From contig JACQUX010000021.1 of assembly GCA_016210045.1 (NCBI GenBank), positions 36,125-100,124 of the forward strand: 64,000 nucleotides of DNA. Direction: 5' to 3'. Under the pieces are notes generated by a model. The model was given only the letters and a program-made list of their open reading frames with translations, was not told the origin of the DNA and did no database searches. The stretch is from Deltaproteobacteria bacterium (GTDB lineage Bacteria; UBA10199; GCA-002796325; JACPFF01). Position numbers and translations under genes: made by a program. Below are positions 28,164 through 37,053 of the stretch, piece after piece. Positions within the stretch are counted from its first letter, which is position 1, and each line of letters opens with the position of its first letter.

Positions 28164-28727
28164 ATGCGCGTAATCGCCGGGAGTGCCAAAGGCCGGACGT
28201 TGCTGGGACCGAAACGCGACGATCCGATCCGTCCGGTCGAAGATCGGGTCAAGGAATCGCTCTTCAACATCTTGTGGGACGTGACCGGACTCCGCATCCT
28301 GGATGCATTTGCCGGCACCGGCGCGATCGGGATCGAGGGCTTAAGCCGCGGCGCCGCGCACTGCACGTTCATCGACCAATCCCCGCGCGCCATCGCGCTG
28401 ATCACCGCCAATGTGGAACGCTGCGGACTGCTCGAACGCGCCACCATTGTCCGCGCCTCAGTCGACCGCGCGCTGGAACGCCTCGCGAAAGGGACCGTGC
28501 CATTCGATCTGCTCTTCATCGACCCGCCGTACACCCAAGACCTCGTTGCTCCGACACTCGCCCAGCTGGCCGCAACGCCGCTGCTCGCCCCCGCCGGACG
28601 CATCTTGATCGAGCACGAGCACAAACTCGTACTCGCACTCCCGCCGACCTTGCAGCTGACCGACCAACGCACATACGGGCAAACTGTGGTGAGCTTCGTG
28701 CGGCGTATGACAATCAATCCCGGCTAA
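28164..28727 (+). CDS. rsmD: 16S rRNA (guanine966-N2) methyltransferase
   Basis: MRVIAGSAKGR.L..IRP..DRVKESLFNIL, LDAFAGTGAIGIEGLSRGA, FDLLFIDPPY. Confidence 0.95.
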   Translation: MRVIAGSAKGRTLLGPKRDDPIRPVEDRVKESLFNILWDVTGLRILDAFAGTGAIGIEGLSRGAAHCTFIDQSPRAIALITANVERCGLLERATIVRASVDRALERLAKGTVPFDLLFIDPPYTQDLVAPTLAQLAATPLLAPAGRILIEHEHKLVLALPPTLQLTDQRTYGQTVVSFVRRMTINPG

Positions 28728-29005
28728 CGATAGGCCTCTTTGCGATGGCGGACGGCGGCAATCACGACCGTCTTGGCGACTTCGTCGATGAGGTAGAACA
28801 ATCGAAAATGTCCGATCCGATAGCGATACGTCGGTGGATCGTAATCACGGAGCTTTTTAATCTGCGGACCAAAGTGGAGTTCAGCCCGCAGCTGCGGGTA
28901 AATCTGGCTGCGGAGCCGGTCACGAATCAGGCGCGCCTCGAACGGCGAGGTTGTTTTTTTCAACGAGCGCTCAAATGGCTCCGTTTCCGCGATCTGATAC
29001 GCCAT
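28724..29005 (-). CDS. relE: RelE/ParE family toxin
   Basis: IKKLRDY.PPTYRYRIGHFRLFY.IDE...V.I..VRHRKEAYR. Confidence 0.85.
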   Translation of the reverse strand: MAYQIAETEPFERSLKKTTSPFEARLIRDRLRSQIYPQLRAELHFGPQIKKLRDYDPPTYRYRIGHFRLFYLIDEVAKTVVIAAVRHRKEAYR

Positions 29006-29006
29006 A

Positions 29007-29249
29007 TCATTCTACGATGGTGTAACGACCCTTTTGATAGTCTGCCCAACTCCGTTTGATCTCTTTTTGGAGCGTCTCATCCACATGTAATGTCGCCATT
29101 TCCAATGCGTCGACGAATTGGGATTCTTCCATATGGCGGGTGAGAATCGTTTCGATCAGATTCGGCATACTGCGATTATCCGCGTCGGCCATCCGCTGCA
29201 GTCGCCGCCATAGGTCGTCTTTGAGATTGATCGTCGTCCGCGCCATCAT
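29007..29249 (-). CDS. Ribbon-helix-helix (CopG/RelB-like) antitoxin
   Basis: RTTINLKDDLWRRLQRMA...NRSM.NLIETIL; 1 bp upstream of the toxin; GGAGG RBS. Confidence 0.8.
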   Translation of the reverse strand: MMARTTINLKDDLWRRLQRMADADNRSMPNLIETILTRHMEESQFVDALEMATLHVDETLQKEIKRSWADYQKGRYTIVE

Positions 29250-29262
29250 CGCCCTCCTGATG

Positions 29263-29299
29263 CAATATGCATCAATTATGCATCAATTGATGCATATTG
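29263..29299. promoter_or_regulatory. Nested palindromic operator between two divergent TA operons
   Basis: 15-bp inverted repeat CAATATGCATCAATT (29263-29277) / AATTGATGCATATTG (29285-29299); 20-bp perfect palindrome 29277-29296; direct repeat ATGCATCAATT x2. Confidence 0.7.
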
Positions 29300-29361
29300 T
29301 CAATTTTCACACTCAACTCAGTTGACATTGCATATTTATATAAATTTGATATACAATACGT

Positions 29362-29634
29362 ATGTACACGTGGGATGCCGCAAAGAACCGCGCAAACCAG
29401 GCCAAACATGGCATTAGCTTCGAGGAAGCACGCGATCACATTTTTGAAGGTCCCAACCTGTTGGCCGCCGGCATTGCGTACAACAAGGACGGGCCGCGCC
29501 ACGCAGTGATCGGCAAGTGCCGAGGTAAATACTACGTCGGCATCTTTACCGTGACCCGGCAAGGTATTCGGATCATTTCAGTGCGGAGGGCACGCCATGA
29601 AGAAGAGCGGCAAGCGAAAGCCAAGGGACTTTGA
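29362..29634 (+). CDS. brnT: BrnT family toxin (second copy)
   Basis: YTWDAAKNRAN.AKHGISFEEA...R.AVIG...T.R..IRIISVRRARHEE. Confidence 0.85.
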   Translation: MYTWDAAKNRANQAKHGISFEEARDHIFEGPNLLAAGIAYNKDGPRHAVIGKCRGKYYVGIFTVTRQGIRIISVRRARHEEERQAKAKGL

Positions 29635-29854
29635 CGAACGATTCGACGCCGGTGAAGTAGCGATCAATTTTTCGACCGCCACACCCACGGAGGGTCTGAG
29701 CAAGACCATGAAATTCCCCCCGATGGATCTCCCCATGTGGCTGGCGGCAGAAATCGAACAACTCGCCAGATTTCAAGCGAACTCGAAGGCTTCCGTTATT
29801 CGGCAACTGCTGGTCGAAGCGGTAGAGGCCAGGCGGGTTCGCGTGGCGCCCTAA
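29597..29854 (+). CDS. CopG-type antitoxin (BrnA-associated)
   Basis: DFDERFDAGE...MDLP.WL..EIEQLA......KASVIRQLL; overlaps the brnT 3' end. Confidence 0.75.
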   Translation: MKKSGKRKPRDFDERFDAGEVAINFSTATPTEGLSKTMKFPPMDLPMWLAAEIEQLARFQANSKASVIRQLLVEAVEARRVRVAP

Positions 29855-30540
29855 AAATGCACGCCTAAGTTTAACCCAGCGGAGAATTGCAGATCGACTT
29901 TGCCGTCCGTGATCGCGACGCCGCTCACTTCTTTTTTGTCGGGAAAAATAATCGCCTCTTCCACGCCGAGGTCGAGCATCAGTCCCGGCTTCCCAGCGAC
30001 GAGCAGCAGTCCGCCGCCGAACGCCACGCCGGGACCGATCGCGCCGACCTTCGACTCGTTTTCCGTGCCCCCTTTCACGCCGAGCACGAACAGCGCCCCG
30101 CCGCCTTTCACATATGGCAACAACGCGGCCTTGTCGCCCAACCAGCTTTCGTGCGGGACGTAGACGTAGCGCGCGTTCAGATTCGCCAGCCCCGCCCATT
30201 CGGTCCGCTCCTCGCCGAAAAAGTCGGCCTTGGCATGAGAGAGCCGCACCATCAGTTCCGCGGCCAAGTTGTCGGTGACCGTATACCCAACCGTGAACGC
30301 ATATCCGAGTTGGTAATCGCTCCCGAATTTTTCGCCGGTGAGAATATTGCGGTCCCGATCCAGATTCATCAGCGAGAGTCCGAACAACAGATAGGCCCCC
30401 TCCCCCCACCCCGCATCGGCCTCCGTCGCCCGCGGCGTCAGCCCGGTCGCACTGAGCGGCCGATACCGCGGCTCGCGCGCACCGGCGGTACAGTGCAAGA
30501 GCATCACGGCGAAAAAAACAACATAACAAGAGCAACGCAT
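29851..30540 (-). CDS. Outer-membrane beta-barrel protein (OmpA-membrane/OmpW-like)
   Basis: Signal peptide, alternating amphipathic strands (LLPYVKGGGAL, GVAFGGG), C-terminal Phe (GLNLGVHF). Confidence 0.8.
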   Translation of the reverse strand: MRCSCYVVFFAVMLLHCTAGAREPRYRPLSATGLTPRATEADAGWGEGAYLLFGLSLMNLDRDRNILTGEKFGSDYQLGYAFTVGYTVTDNLAAELMVRLSHAKADFFGEERTEWAGLANLNARYVYVPHESWLGDKAALLPYVKGGGALFVLGVKGGTENESKVGAIGPGVAFGGGLLLVAGKPGLMLDLGVEEAIIFPDKKEVSGVAITDGKVDLQFSAGLNLGVHF

Positions 30541-30628
30541 GCGATAGGGAGTAACACAATTCGTCATCAAACGTGAAGTGGCTGTTCCAACTTGACCCCT
30601 GGTACCGAACGCAGTACGACGCCGCCCG

Positions 30629-31108
30629 ATGCATACGGCGATCTGTCCTGGGAGTTTCGATCCCCCGACCAACGGGCATCTGAATATTATCGAACGCGGA
30701 CTCAAGTTGTTCGATCGGTTGGTCGTCGCGATTGCGGTCAATACGAGTAAAAATCCGCTCTTTTCCGCCGACGAACGCGTGGCGATGCTGCGCGAAATCT
30801 TCCAAGCGGAACCGCGTATTGAAGTCGACGCCTTCGAAGGGCTGTTAGTGGATTACGCGCGGCGGCGCCACATCACGACGATCTTGCGCGGGATTCGCAC
30901 CATGTCGGACTACGAATACGAATTCCAAATGGCGCTCGTGAATAAGGCGATGTCGCCGCAAATGGAAACCGTGTTCATGATGACCGAAGGCCGATATTCC
31001 CACTTAAGCTCGACCATCATTAAAGATGTGATCCGCTTCGGCGGCAATGCCACGAAAATGATGCACGGCATCGTCGAGCAACGCTTGCGCAATAAACTCA
31101 ACCCATAG
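30629..31108 (+). CDS. coaD: Phosphopantetheine adenylyltransferase
   Basis: AICPGSFDPPTNGHLNII, LLVDYA, RGIRTMSDYEYE, SSTIIK. Confidence 0.97.
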   Translation: MHTAICPGSFDPPTNGHLNIIERGLKLFDRLVVAIAVNTSKNPLFSADERVAMLREIFQAEPRIEVDAFEGLLVDYARRRHITTILRGIRTMSDYEYEFQMALVNKAMSPQMETVFMMTEGRYSHLSSTIIKDVIRFGGNATKMMHGIVEQRLRNKLNP

Positions 31109-31116
31109 AGGTTTGC

Positions 31117-32310
31117 ATGCCATTCGCCCAACGCACAGCTGCCCTGGCCATTTCACCGACGCTCGCCACGGCCGCCAAGGCCAAGGCGCTGGCCGCGCAG
31201 GGCATCTCGGTGATCGACTTCAGTATGGGGGAACCCGACTTCGACACCCCGGCCCATATTAAGGCCGCGTGCGCGCAGGCGCTGACCAACGGCATGACGA
31301 AATACGGTCCGGCGGCGGGATTGCCGGCCTTGCGCACGGCGATTGCGGCGGCGCTGCAGCGGGACTGCGATCTCCGTTACCAAGCGAACGAAATCCTCGT
31401 CACATGTGGCGCCAAAGAGGCCCTCTTCGCCGCGTTGCAAGTGCTCGTCGACTCGGGCGACGAAGTCATTGTGCCGGCGCCGTATTGGGTCTCGTATCCG
31501 GAACAAGTGAAACTCTGCGGCGGGGTTCCGGTCTTCGTGGAGACCCAAACGCGGCCGGATCTCACGCTGACCGCGACGCAACTGGAGCAGGCCTGCACGT
31601 CACGCACGAAAGTCGTCATGCTGAACAGTCCCAGTAATCCGACCGGCGTCGTCTACTCCCGCGCCGCGTTGGCCGCAATCGGCCGTGTTTGCGCGGCGCG
31701 CGGGTTGTGGGTGATCAGCGACGAAATGTACGACCGCCTGGTCTATCCGCCGGCGACCTTCAGCAGTTTTGTGACTGCGGCGCCGGAATGTCGCGAGCAA
31801 ACGATTCTGGTGAACGGCCTCTCCAAGACCTATGCCATGACCGGCTGGCGGATCGGCTACGCAGCGGGGCCGGCGGCCGCGATCGACAAGATGACCGCGT
31901 GGCACAGTCAAGTCGTGACCCATCCGACCAGTTTCGCGCAACACGGGGCCGTCGCAGCGCTGTCCGGCGACCAGGCCTGCGTCGCGACGATGCACCACGC
32001 CTTCCAGCAACGACGCGACGCCACGATGCGCGGCTTACGCGCCATTCCCGGCCTCCAGACGCCGGAACCCGCCGGGGCATTCTTCGCGTTCCCCAACGTG
32101 ACCCATTTCTTGGGACGGACTGCCGGCGAGCGCACCATCACGACCTCGCTCGAACTGGCCGATTATCTCCTTGACCAGGCTCACGTCGCCGTGGTTGCAG
32201 GGGAGGGCTTCGGCGCGCCCGGCTTTATTCGGCTGTCGTACGCGTTGGAAATGCCCGCGCTGGAAGAGGGATTGAAACGATTGGCGACCGCACTCGCGCA
32301 ACTGCAATAG
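31117..32310 (+). CDS. Class I/II PLP-dependent (aspartate-type) aminotransferase
   Basis: MGEPDFDTP, YWVSY, LNSPSNPTG, SDEMYD, NGLSKTYAMTGWRIGY, GAFFAF. Confidence 0.93.
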   Translation: MPFAQRTAALAISPTLATAAKAKALAAQGISVIDFSMGEPDFDTPAHIKAACAQALTNGMTKYGPAAGLPALRTAIAAALQRDCDLRYQANEILVTCGAKEALFAALQVLVDSGDEVIVPAPYWVSYPEQVKLCGGVPVFVETQTRPDLTLTATQLEQACTSRTKVVMLNSPSNPTGVVYSRAALAAIGRVCAARGLWVISDEMYDRLVYPPATFSSFVTAAPECREQTILVNGLSKTYAMTGWRIGYAAGPAAAIDKMTAWHSQVVTHPTSFAQHGAVAALSGDQACVATMHHAFQQRRDATMRGLRAIPGLQTPEPAGAFFAFPNVTHFLGRTAGERTITTSLELADYLLDQAHVAVVAGEGFGAPGFIRLSYALEMPALEEGLKRLATALAQLQ

Positions 32311-32323
32311 CACCATCACACAA

Positions 32324-32408
32324 AGGAGTAAGGGCGGCGGAGCGGTAGCGAAGCCATGGCCCGCGGTAGAAAAGATCGAAACGCGACGAGGAGGAGCGTT
32401 GCGCACCA
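32324..32408 (+). repeat. Structured element family 2, copy B (85 bp), directly before the lacD-like RBS
   Basis: 74/85 identical to the reverse complement of 14484-14568. Confidence 0.85.
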
Positions 32409-32421
32409 AAAGGAGAGGCAT

Positions 32422-33450
32422 ATGCCGACTATGACCAAAGGCAAGTACGACCAACTGATGGCCGTCTCGACTCCGGAAGGCTTTATCGCTGCGGCCGCAA
32501 TGGATCAGCGTGGCTCACTGAAGAAAGCCATCGCCAAAGAACGCGGCGTCGACGCAGCGGCCATCACCGACGCCATGCTGGAAGAATTCAAGACCGCCGT
32601 CACGCAAGTGCTCTCGCCGCATGCCTCCGCCATGCTGCTCGATCCGCAATGGGGCCTACCCGCAACACGCGCCCGAGCCAAAGGGTGCGGCCTGTTGCTC
32701 GCGTATGAAGAAAGCGGCTACGACAACACGAAACCGGGACGGCTTCCGGACTTGCTGCCGACCTGGTCGGTGCGGCGACTGAAAGACGCGGGCGCGAATT
32801 GCGTGAAGATCCTGCTCTATTACACCCCATTCGACACGCCGGAAGTGAACGCCCACAAACACGCATGGACCGAACGGGTCGGCGCCGAATGCGCCGCGTA
32901 CGACCTCCCCTTCTTCCTCGAATGCGTCGGGTATCCGGTCGACGGCGCGGAGGAAAAATCGCTGGCCTATGCGAAGATCAAGCCGGAGATCGTGCGTTGC
33001 AGCATGGAAGAATTTACCAAGCCGCCCTATCAAGTCGATGTCCTGAAAGTCGAAGTCCCGATCAACTTGCAGTACGTGGAAGGGGCCAAGGCCTTCGCGA
33101 ATAAAGGCGTGGCGTATACGAAACGCGACGCGGCCGAGCTGTTCCGCCAAACAGCGAAAGTTGCCACCAAGCCGTTCATTTATTTGAGCGCGGGCGTCAG
33201 CGATGCGGAATTCCGCGAAGCGCTGGAACTCGCCGCCGAGACGGGTGTCTCGTACAACGGCGTGCTCTGCGGACGGGCCACGTGGAAGGAAGGCATTCCG
33301 GTCTATGCCAAAGAGGGCGCGGCCGCGCTGACCCGCTGGCTGTCTGACCGCGGCGTCACCAACATCCAAGCGCTGAACCAGACGATCCGCCAAGGCGCCA
33401 AGCCGTGGTGGGATGCGTACGGCGGGAAGGCCAAGGTCCACGTCGTATGA
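32422..33450 (+). CDS. lacD: Tagatose-1,6-bisphosphate aldolase-like class I aldolase
   Basis: AMDQRGSLKK, LLDPQWG, GLLLAYE.SGYD, GRLPDLLP.WSVRRLKDAGA.CVKILLYY, VDVLKVEVP, PFIYLSAGVS, GVLCGRATW. Confidence 0.85.
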   Translation: MPTMTKGKYDQLMAVSTPEGFIAAAAMDQRGSLKKAIAKERGVDAAAITDAMLEEFKTAVTQVLSPHASAMLLDPQWGLPATRARAKGCGLLLAYEESGYDNTKPGRLPDLLPTWSVRRLKDAGANCVKILLYYTPFDTPEVNAHKHAWTERVGAECAAYDLPFFLECVGYPVDGAEEKSLAYAKIKPEIVRCSMEEFTKPPYQVDVLKVEVPINLQYVEGAKAFANKGVAYTKRDAAELFRQTAKVATKPFIYLSAGVSDAEFREALELAAETGVSYNGVLCGRATWKEGIPVYAKEGAAALTRWLSDRGVTNIQALNQTIRQGAKPWWDAYGGKAKVHVV

Positions 33451-34610
33451 GTCTGGCACGATGGATCGCAACCCTGCTCTGTCTCGGCGTCGTCGGCAGC
33501 GGCATGGCGTGTCGACGGGCAGCGGAACAGAACGAATTCCGCGTCGGTCTCTATACCTCGCTGACCGGCGGCACCGCCACGTTCGGGCGATCCGCGCATA
33601 ACGGCGTGAAGCTCGCCAGCGAAGAGATCAACACGCGCGGCGGCGTACTCGGGCGCCCCGTCAATCTGATCGTCGAAGACGACCAAGGGAAACCGGAAGA
33701 GGCGAAACTGGCCGTATTGAAACTGATCCGGCAACACAAAGTGACGGCGATCCTCGGCGAAGTCGCGTCTTCGCGCACACTGGCCGCCGCGCCGGAAGCG
33801 CAACGCACCAAGATCCCGATGCTGACGCCGACCTCCACCAATGCGACCGTCACGAAAGTCGGCGATTACATCTTCCGCGCCTGTTTCATCGATTCCTTTC
33901 AAGGCGGCGCGATGGCCACGTTCGCGCGACAAGAGTTGAAGGTCTCTAAGGCCGCGATCCTCCACGACGCGCGCAGCGATTACAGCGTCGGGCTAGCCGA
34001 ATTCTTTCGCAAGTCGTTCACCCGCCAAGGCGGCGAAGTCCTCGCCGACGAAGCCTTTGCGGAAGGCGACGTCGATTTTCGTGCCCAACTCGTCGCGATC
34101 CAGGCCAAGCAGCCCGAAGCGATCTTCATCCCCGGTTATTACACCGAAGTGGGCTTGATCGCCCGCCAAGCGCGCGAATTGGGCATCACCGCGACGCTGC
34201 TCGGCACCGACGGCTGGGATTCGCCGAAGACGCTTGAGATCGCCGGACCGGCGTTGGAGGGCAGCTACTTCTCTAATCACTACGCCGCAGACGATCCCTC
34301 GCCGCTGGTGCATCAATTCATTACGACCTATCAAGCGCGGTTCGGGCAGATTCCGGACGCCATCGCCGCGCTTTCCTACGACGCCGCGCATTTGCTCTTC
34401 GACGCCACGCAGCGGGCCGGCAAAGTCGACTCCACCAAGATCCGCGACGCGTTGGCCGCTACCAAAGGCTTCCCCGGCGTCGCCGGGGCGATCACGATCG
34501 ATCGCGAGCGCAACGCCGAAAAACCGATCGTCATCATCAAAATCGCCCACGGCGCCTTTGTCTTCGACCGACGGATCACGGATGTGGCCACGATCTCGAA
34601 AGGGCCATAG
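33447..34610 (+). CDS. Branched-chain amino acid ABC substrate-binding lipoprotein (LivK/LivJ-like) 1
   Basis: Lipobox GMAC; VGLYTSLTGGTATFG, EDDQGKPEEA, DYSVGL, DVDFRAQL, GTDGWDS. Confidence 0.92.
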   Translation: MSLARWIATLLCLGVVGSGMACRRAAEQNEFRVGLYTSLTGGTATFGRSAHNGVKLASEEINTRGGVLGRPVNLIVEDDQGKPEEAKLAVLKLIRQHKVTAILGEVASSRTLAAAPEAQRTKIPMLTPTSTNATVTKVGDYIFRACFIDSFQGGAMATFARQELKVSKAAILHDARSDYSVGLAEFFRKSFTRQGGEVLADEAFAEGDVDFRAQLVAIQAKQPEAIFIPGYYTEVGLIARQARELGITATLLGTDGWDSPKTLEIAGPALEGSYFSNHYAADDPSPLVHQFITTYQARFGQIPDAIAALSYDAAHLLFDATQRAGKVDSTKIRDALAATKGFPGVAGAITIDRERNAEKPIVIIKIAHGAFVFDRRITDVATISKGP

Positions 34611-34632
34611 CCACATTATATAAGGAGGCAAT

Positions 34633-35751
34633 ATGAAACGATGGCTACTCGCGCTGGGATTGCTGGCCGCGCTCGGGTGTCAACACGCCGGCAATGAAAT
34701 TCGGATCGGCGTCTATACCTCGCTCACCGGCAGTACCGCGACATGGGGACAATCCGGGAAAATGGCGATCGACTTGGCCGTGGCCGAAGTCAACACGAAA
34801 GGCGGTGTACTCGGCCGGCCGGTCAAAGTGATTTACGAAGACGATCAGAGCTTGCCGGAACAGGCGAAGACCGCCGTCGTCAAACTCATTAAGCAACACA
34901 AAGTCGTCGCCGTGATCGGCGAAAACGCGTCGTCACGCAGCTTGGCCGCGGCGCCGGAATGCCAACGCCACAAGATCCCGATGGTCTCGCCGTTTTCCAC
35001 CAACCCCAAAGTCACCCAAGTCGGCGATTTCATTTTCCGCGTCTGCTACATTGATCCATTCCAAGGTGCCGCGATGGCGAAGTTCGCGTATCAGCAACTG
35101 GGCGCGCGACGCGTGGCGATCTTGCGCGATGTGAAGAACGACTACAGCGTCGGATTGGCGGAATATTTCAGCAAGACGTTTACCGGTCTCGGCGGCACGA
35201 TCGTCGCGGATGCGTCCTACAGCGAAGGCGATGTCGAATTCCGCGCGCAGCTCACGTCGCTCAAGACCGCCAACGCGGACACGATCTTCATCCCCGGCTA
35301 CTATACCGAAATCGGCCTGATCGCGCGCCAAGCGCGGGAACTCGGGATTGCCGTTCCGCTGTTAGGCGGCGACGGCTGGGATTCGCCGAAGACCGTGGAA
35401 CTCGGCGGCGAGGCCATTAACGGCGCGTATTTCACGACCACGTTCGCACCCGACGACCCGAATCCGCTCGGCCAGGCCTTCATCACGGCGTATCGGGAGA
35501 AATACCACCAAGACCCGGACGGCACCGCCGCCGTCGGTTACGAAGCCGCGCTCGTGTTGTTCGACGCGATCACGCGTGCCGGCAACACGGAAGGACCGGC
35601 CATCCGCGACGCATTGGCCAAGACCAAAGATTTTCACGGCGTCTCGGGAACGTTGAGCATCGATCACGAACGCAACGCGGTGAAGCGGATCGTGATCATG
35701 AAAATCGACGCCGGCAAAGCCCGCTTCCACAGCGCCGTGGAGCCGGGATAA
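34633..35751 (+). CDS. Branched-chain amino acid ABC substrate-binding lipoprotein 2
   Basis: Lipobox ALGC; same motifs as the upstream paralogue. Confidence 0.92.
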   Translation: MKRWLLALGLLAALGCQHAGNEIRIGVYTSLTGSTATWGQSGKMAIDLAVAEVNTKGGVLGRPVKVIYEDDQSLPEQAKTAVVKLIKQHKVVAVIGENASSRSLAAAPECQRHKIPMVSPFSTNPKVTQVGDFIFRVCYIDPFQGAAMAKFAYQQLGARRVAILRDVKNDYSVGLAEYFSKTFTGLGGTIVADASYSEGDVEFRAQLTSLKTANADTIFIPGYYTEIGLIARQARELGIAVPLLGGDGWDSPKTVELGGEAINGAYFTTTFAPDDPNPLGQAFITAYREKYHQDPDGTAAVGYEAALVLFDAITRAGNTEGPAIRDALAKTKDFHGVSGTLSIDHERNAVKRIVIMKIDAGKARFHSAVEPG

Positions 35752-35761
35752 ATTACTGTAT

Positions 35762-36940
35762 TCACGCCCACGCAACATGATGCCAGGGTCGCACGCGGAT
35801 GTCTGCTCCCAACGCGGATTCCGTCCCGACCGGCGCAAGGATTTCTTTTTTCAACGGTCGGCGCAGCAACGTCTCCACGATACGCAGTGGTTCCGCGAGT
35901 TGAGGAACCAGCGTCCGCGTACTCTTTATTTCGCGCGCGTACAGTGTCTGTCCCTGTTCGATGAAACAATCGATTTCAACGCCCTCTTTGGTCCGAAAAA
36001 ATGTCAGCGCCGGCATGTCGCCACGCTGGGCCGCCCATTTCAGGTGTTCCATGATCACGGCTGTTTCGAACAACGCGCCGTAGGAAGGGCCATGAATCAG
36101 CGTAGCCGGATCGTGGATCCCCATAAGATACGTTGCGAGGGCGGTATCCGCAAAATAGAGCTTCGGCGCCTTGATCAACCGTTTGCTCAAATTGGCATGA
36201 AACGGTCGCAGCAAAAAAATTTGGTAACTGGCCTGCAGGATCGAGAGCCAGCGCTGCGCCGTCGGCTGACTGACACCGGCATCCCGGCCCAGCTCGCTCA
36301 CATTCAAGATTTGGCCGGTGCGCAATACGACGAGTCGGAGGAAGCGTTCAAAGGTGTCTAAGTCTCCTACATTGGTTAGTTGGCGGACATCGCGCTCCAA
36401 AAAAAGCCGGATATAGCTGGCACACCACGTGCGCCGATCCAATTCCGGACGCGCACGGAGTTCCGGATATCCGCCACGCAGGATCCAGTCCGCTACGGCG
36501 TCCGGTGTGGATCGCGGCGACGCATCGCCACCATCGACTTCGTCCACACTACAAGGATACAGCGTCAACAGTGCCGCACGTCCGGCGAGCGATTGCGACA
36601 CTCGTTCCATCAACAGAAAGTTTTGCGAACCGGTGAGGACATATTGGCCATACGTGTGGCGGTCGGCATCGACTATCCCTTGCAGATAACTGGGAAGATC
36701 GGGCGCATACTGGATTTCGTCGAAAATCACTGGCGGTGGATGGATCTGTAAAAAAGTCCGTGGATCCTGCAGCGCCAGCGCCCGCACATCGGGGTCTTCA
36801 AGCGACACATACGCATGCGAGGTATGCAGCAAGCTCTGACAGAGCGTACTCTTCCCCGTCTGCCGCGCGCCCGTTAAGATGATTACGGGAAAGCTCTTTA
36901 CGGCTCGCAAAAAATAGTCAGTAAGTGCCCGTTGAAACAT
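35762..36940 (-). CDS. AAA+ ATPase with DUF4143 domain (second), antisense inside the liv operon
   Basis: GARQTGKS, FDEIQ, TGSQ, KRLIKAPKLYFADT, EIDCF..EIKS. Confidence 0.9.
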   Translation of the reverse strand: MFQRALTDYFLRAVKSFPVIILTGARQTGKSTLCQSLLHTSHAYVSLEDPDVRALALQDPRTFLQIHPPPVIFDEIQYAPDLPSYLQGIVDADRHTYGQYVLTGSQNFLLMERVSQSLAGRAALLTLYPCSVDEVDGGDASPRSTPDAVADWILRGGYPELRARPELDRRTWCASYIRLFLERDVRQLTNVGDLDTFERFLRLVVLRTGQILNVSELGRDAGVSQPTAQRWLSILQASYQIFLLRPFHANLSKRLIKAPKLYFADTALATYLMGIHDPATLIHGPSYGALFETAVIMEHLKWAAQRGDMPALTFFRTKEGVEIDCFIEQGQTLYAREIKSTRTLVPQLAEPLRIVETLLRRPLKKEILAPVGTESALGADIRVRPWHHVAWA

Positions 36941-37053
36941 AGGAAAAGCCTATAACATCCATTATAAATATTCAATATTAAATTTGGCCACTCCTCCAAG
37001 ATGGTTGCCGGAGACACTCTGAGCGTGTATTGATGATCGTGCACCGCTAACGC

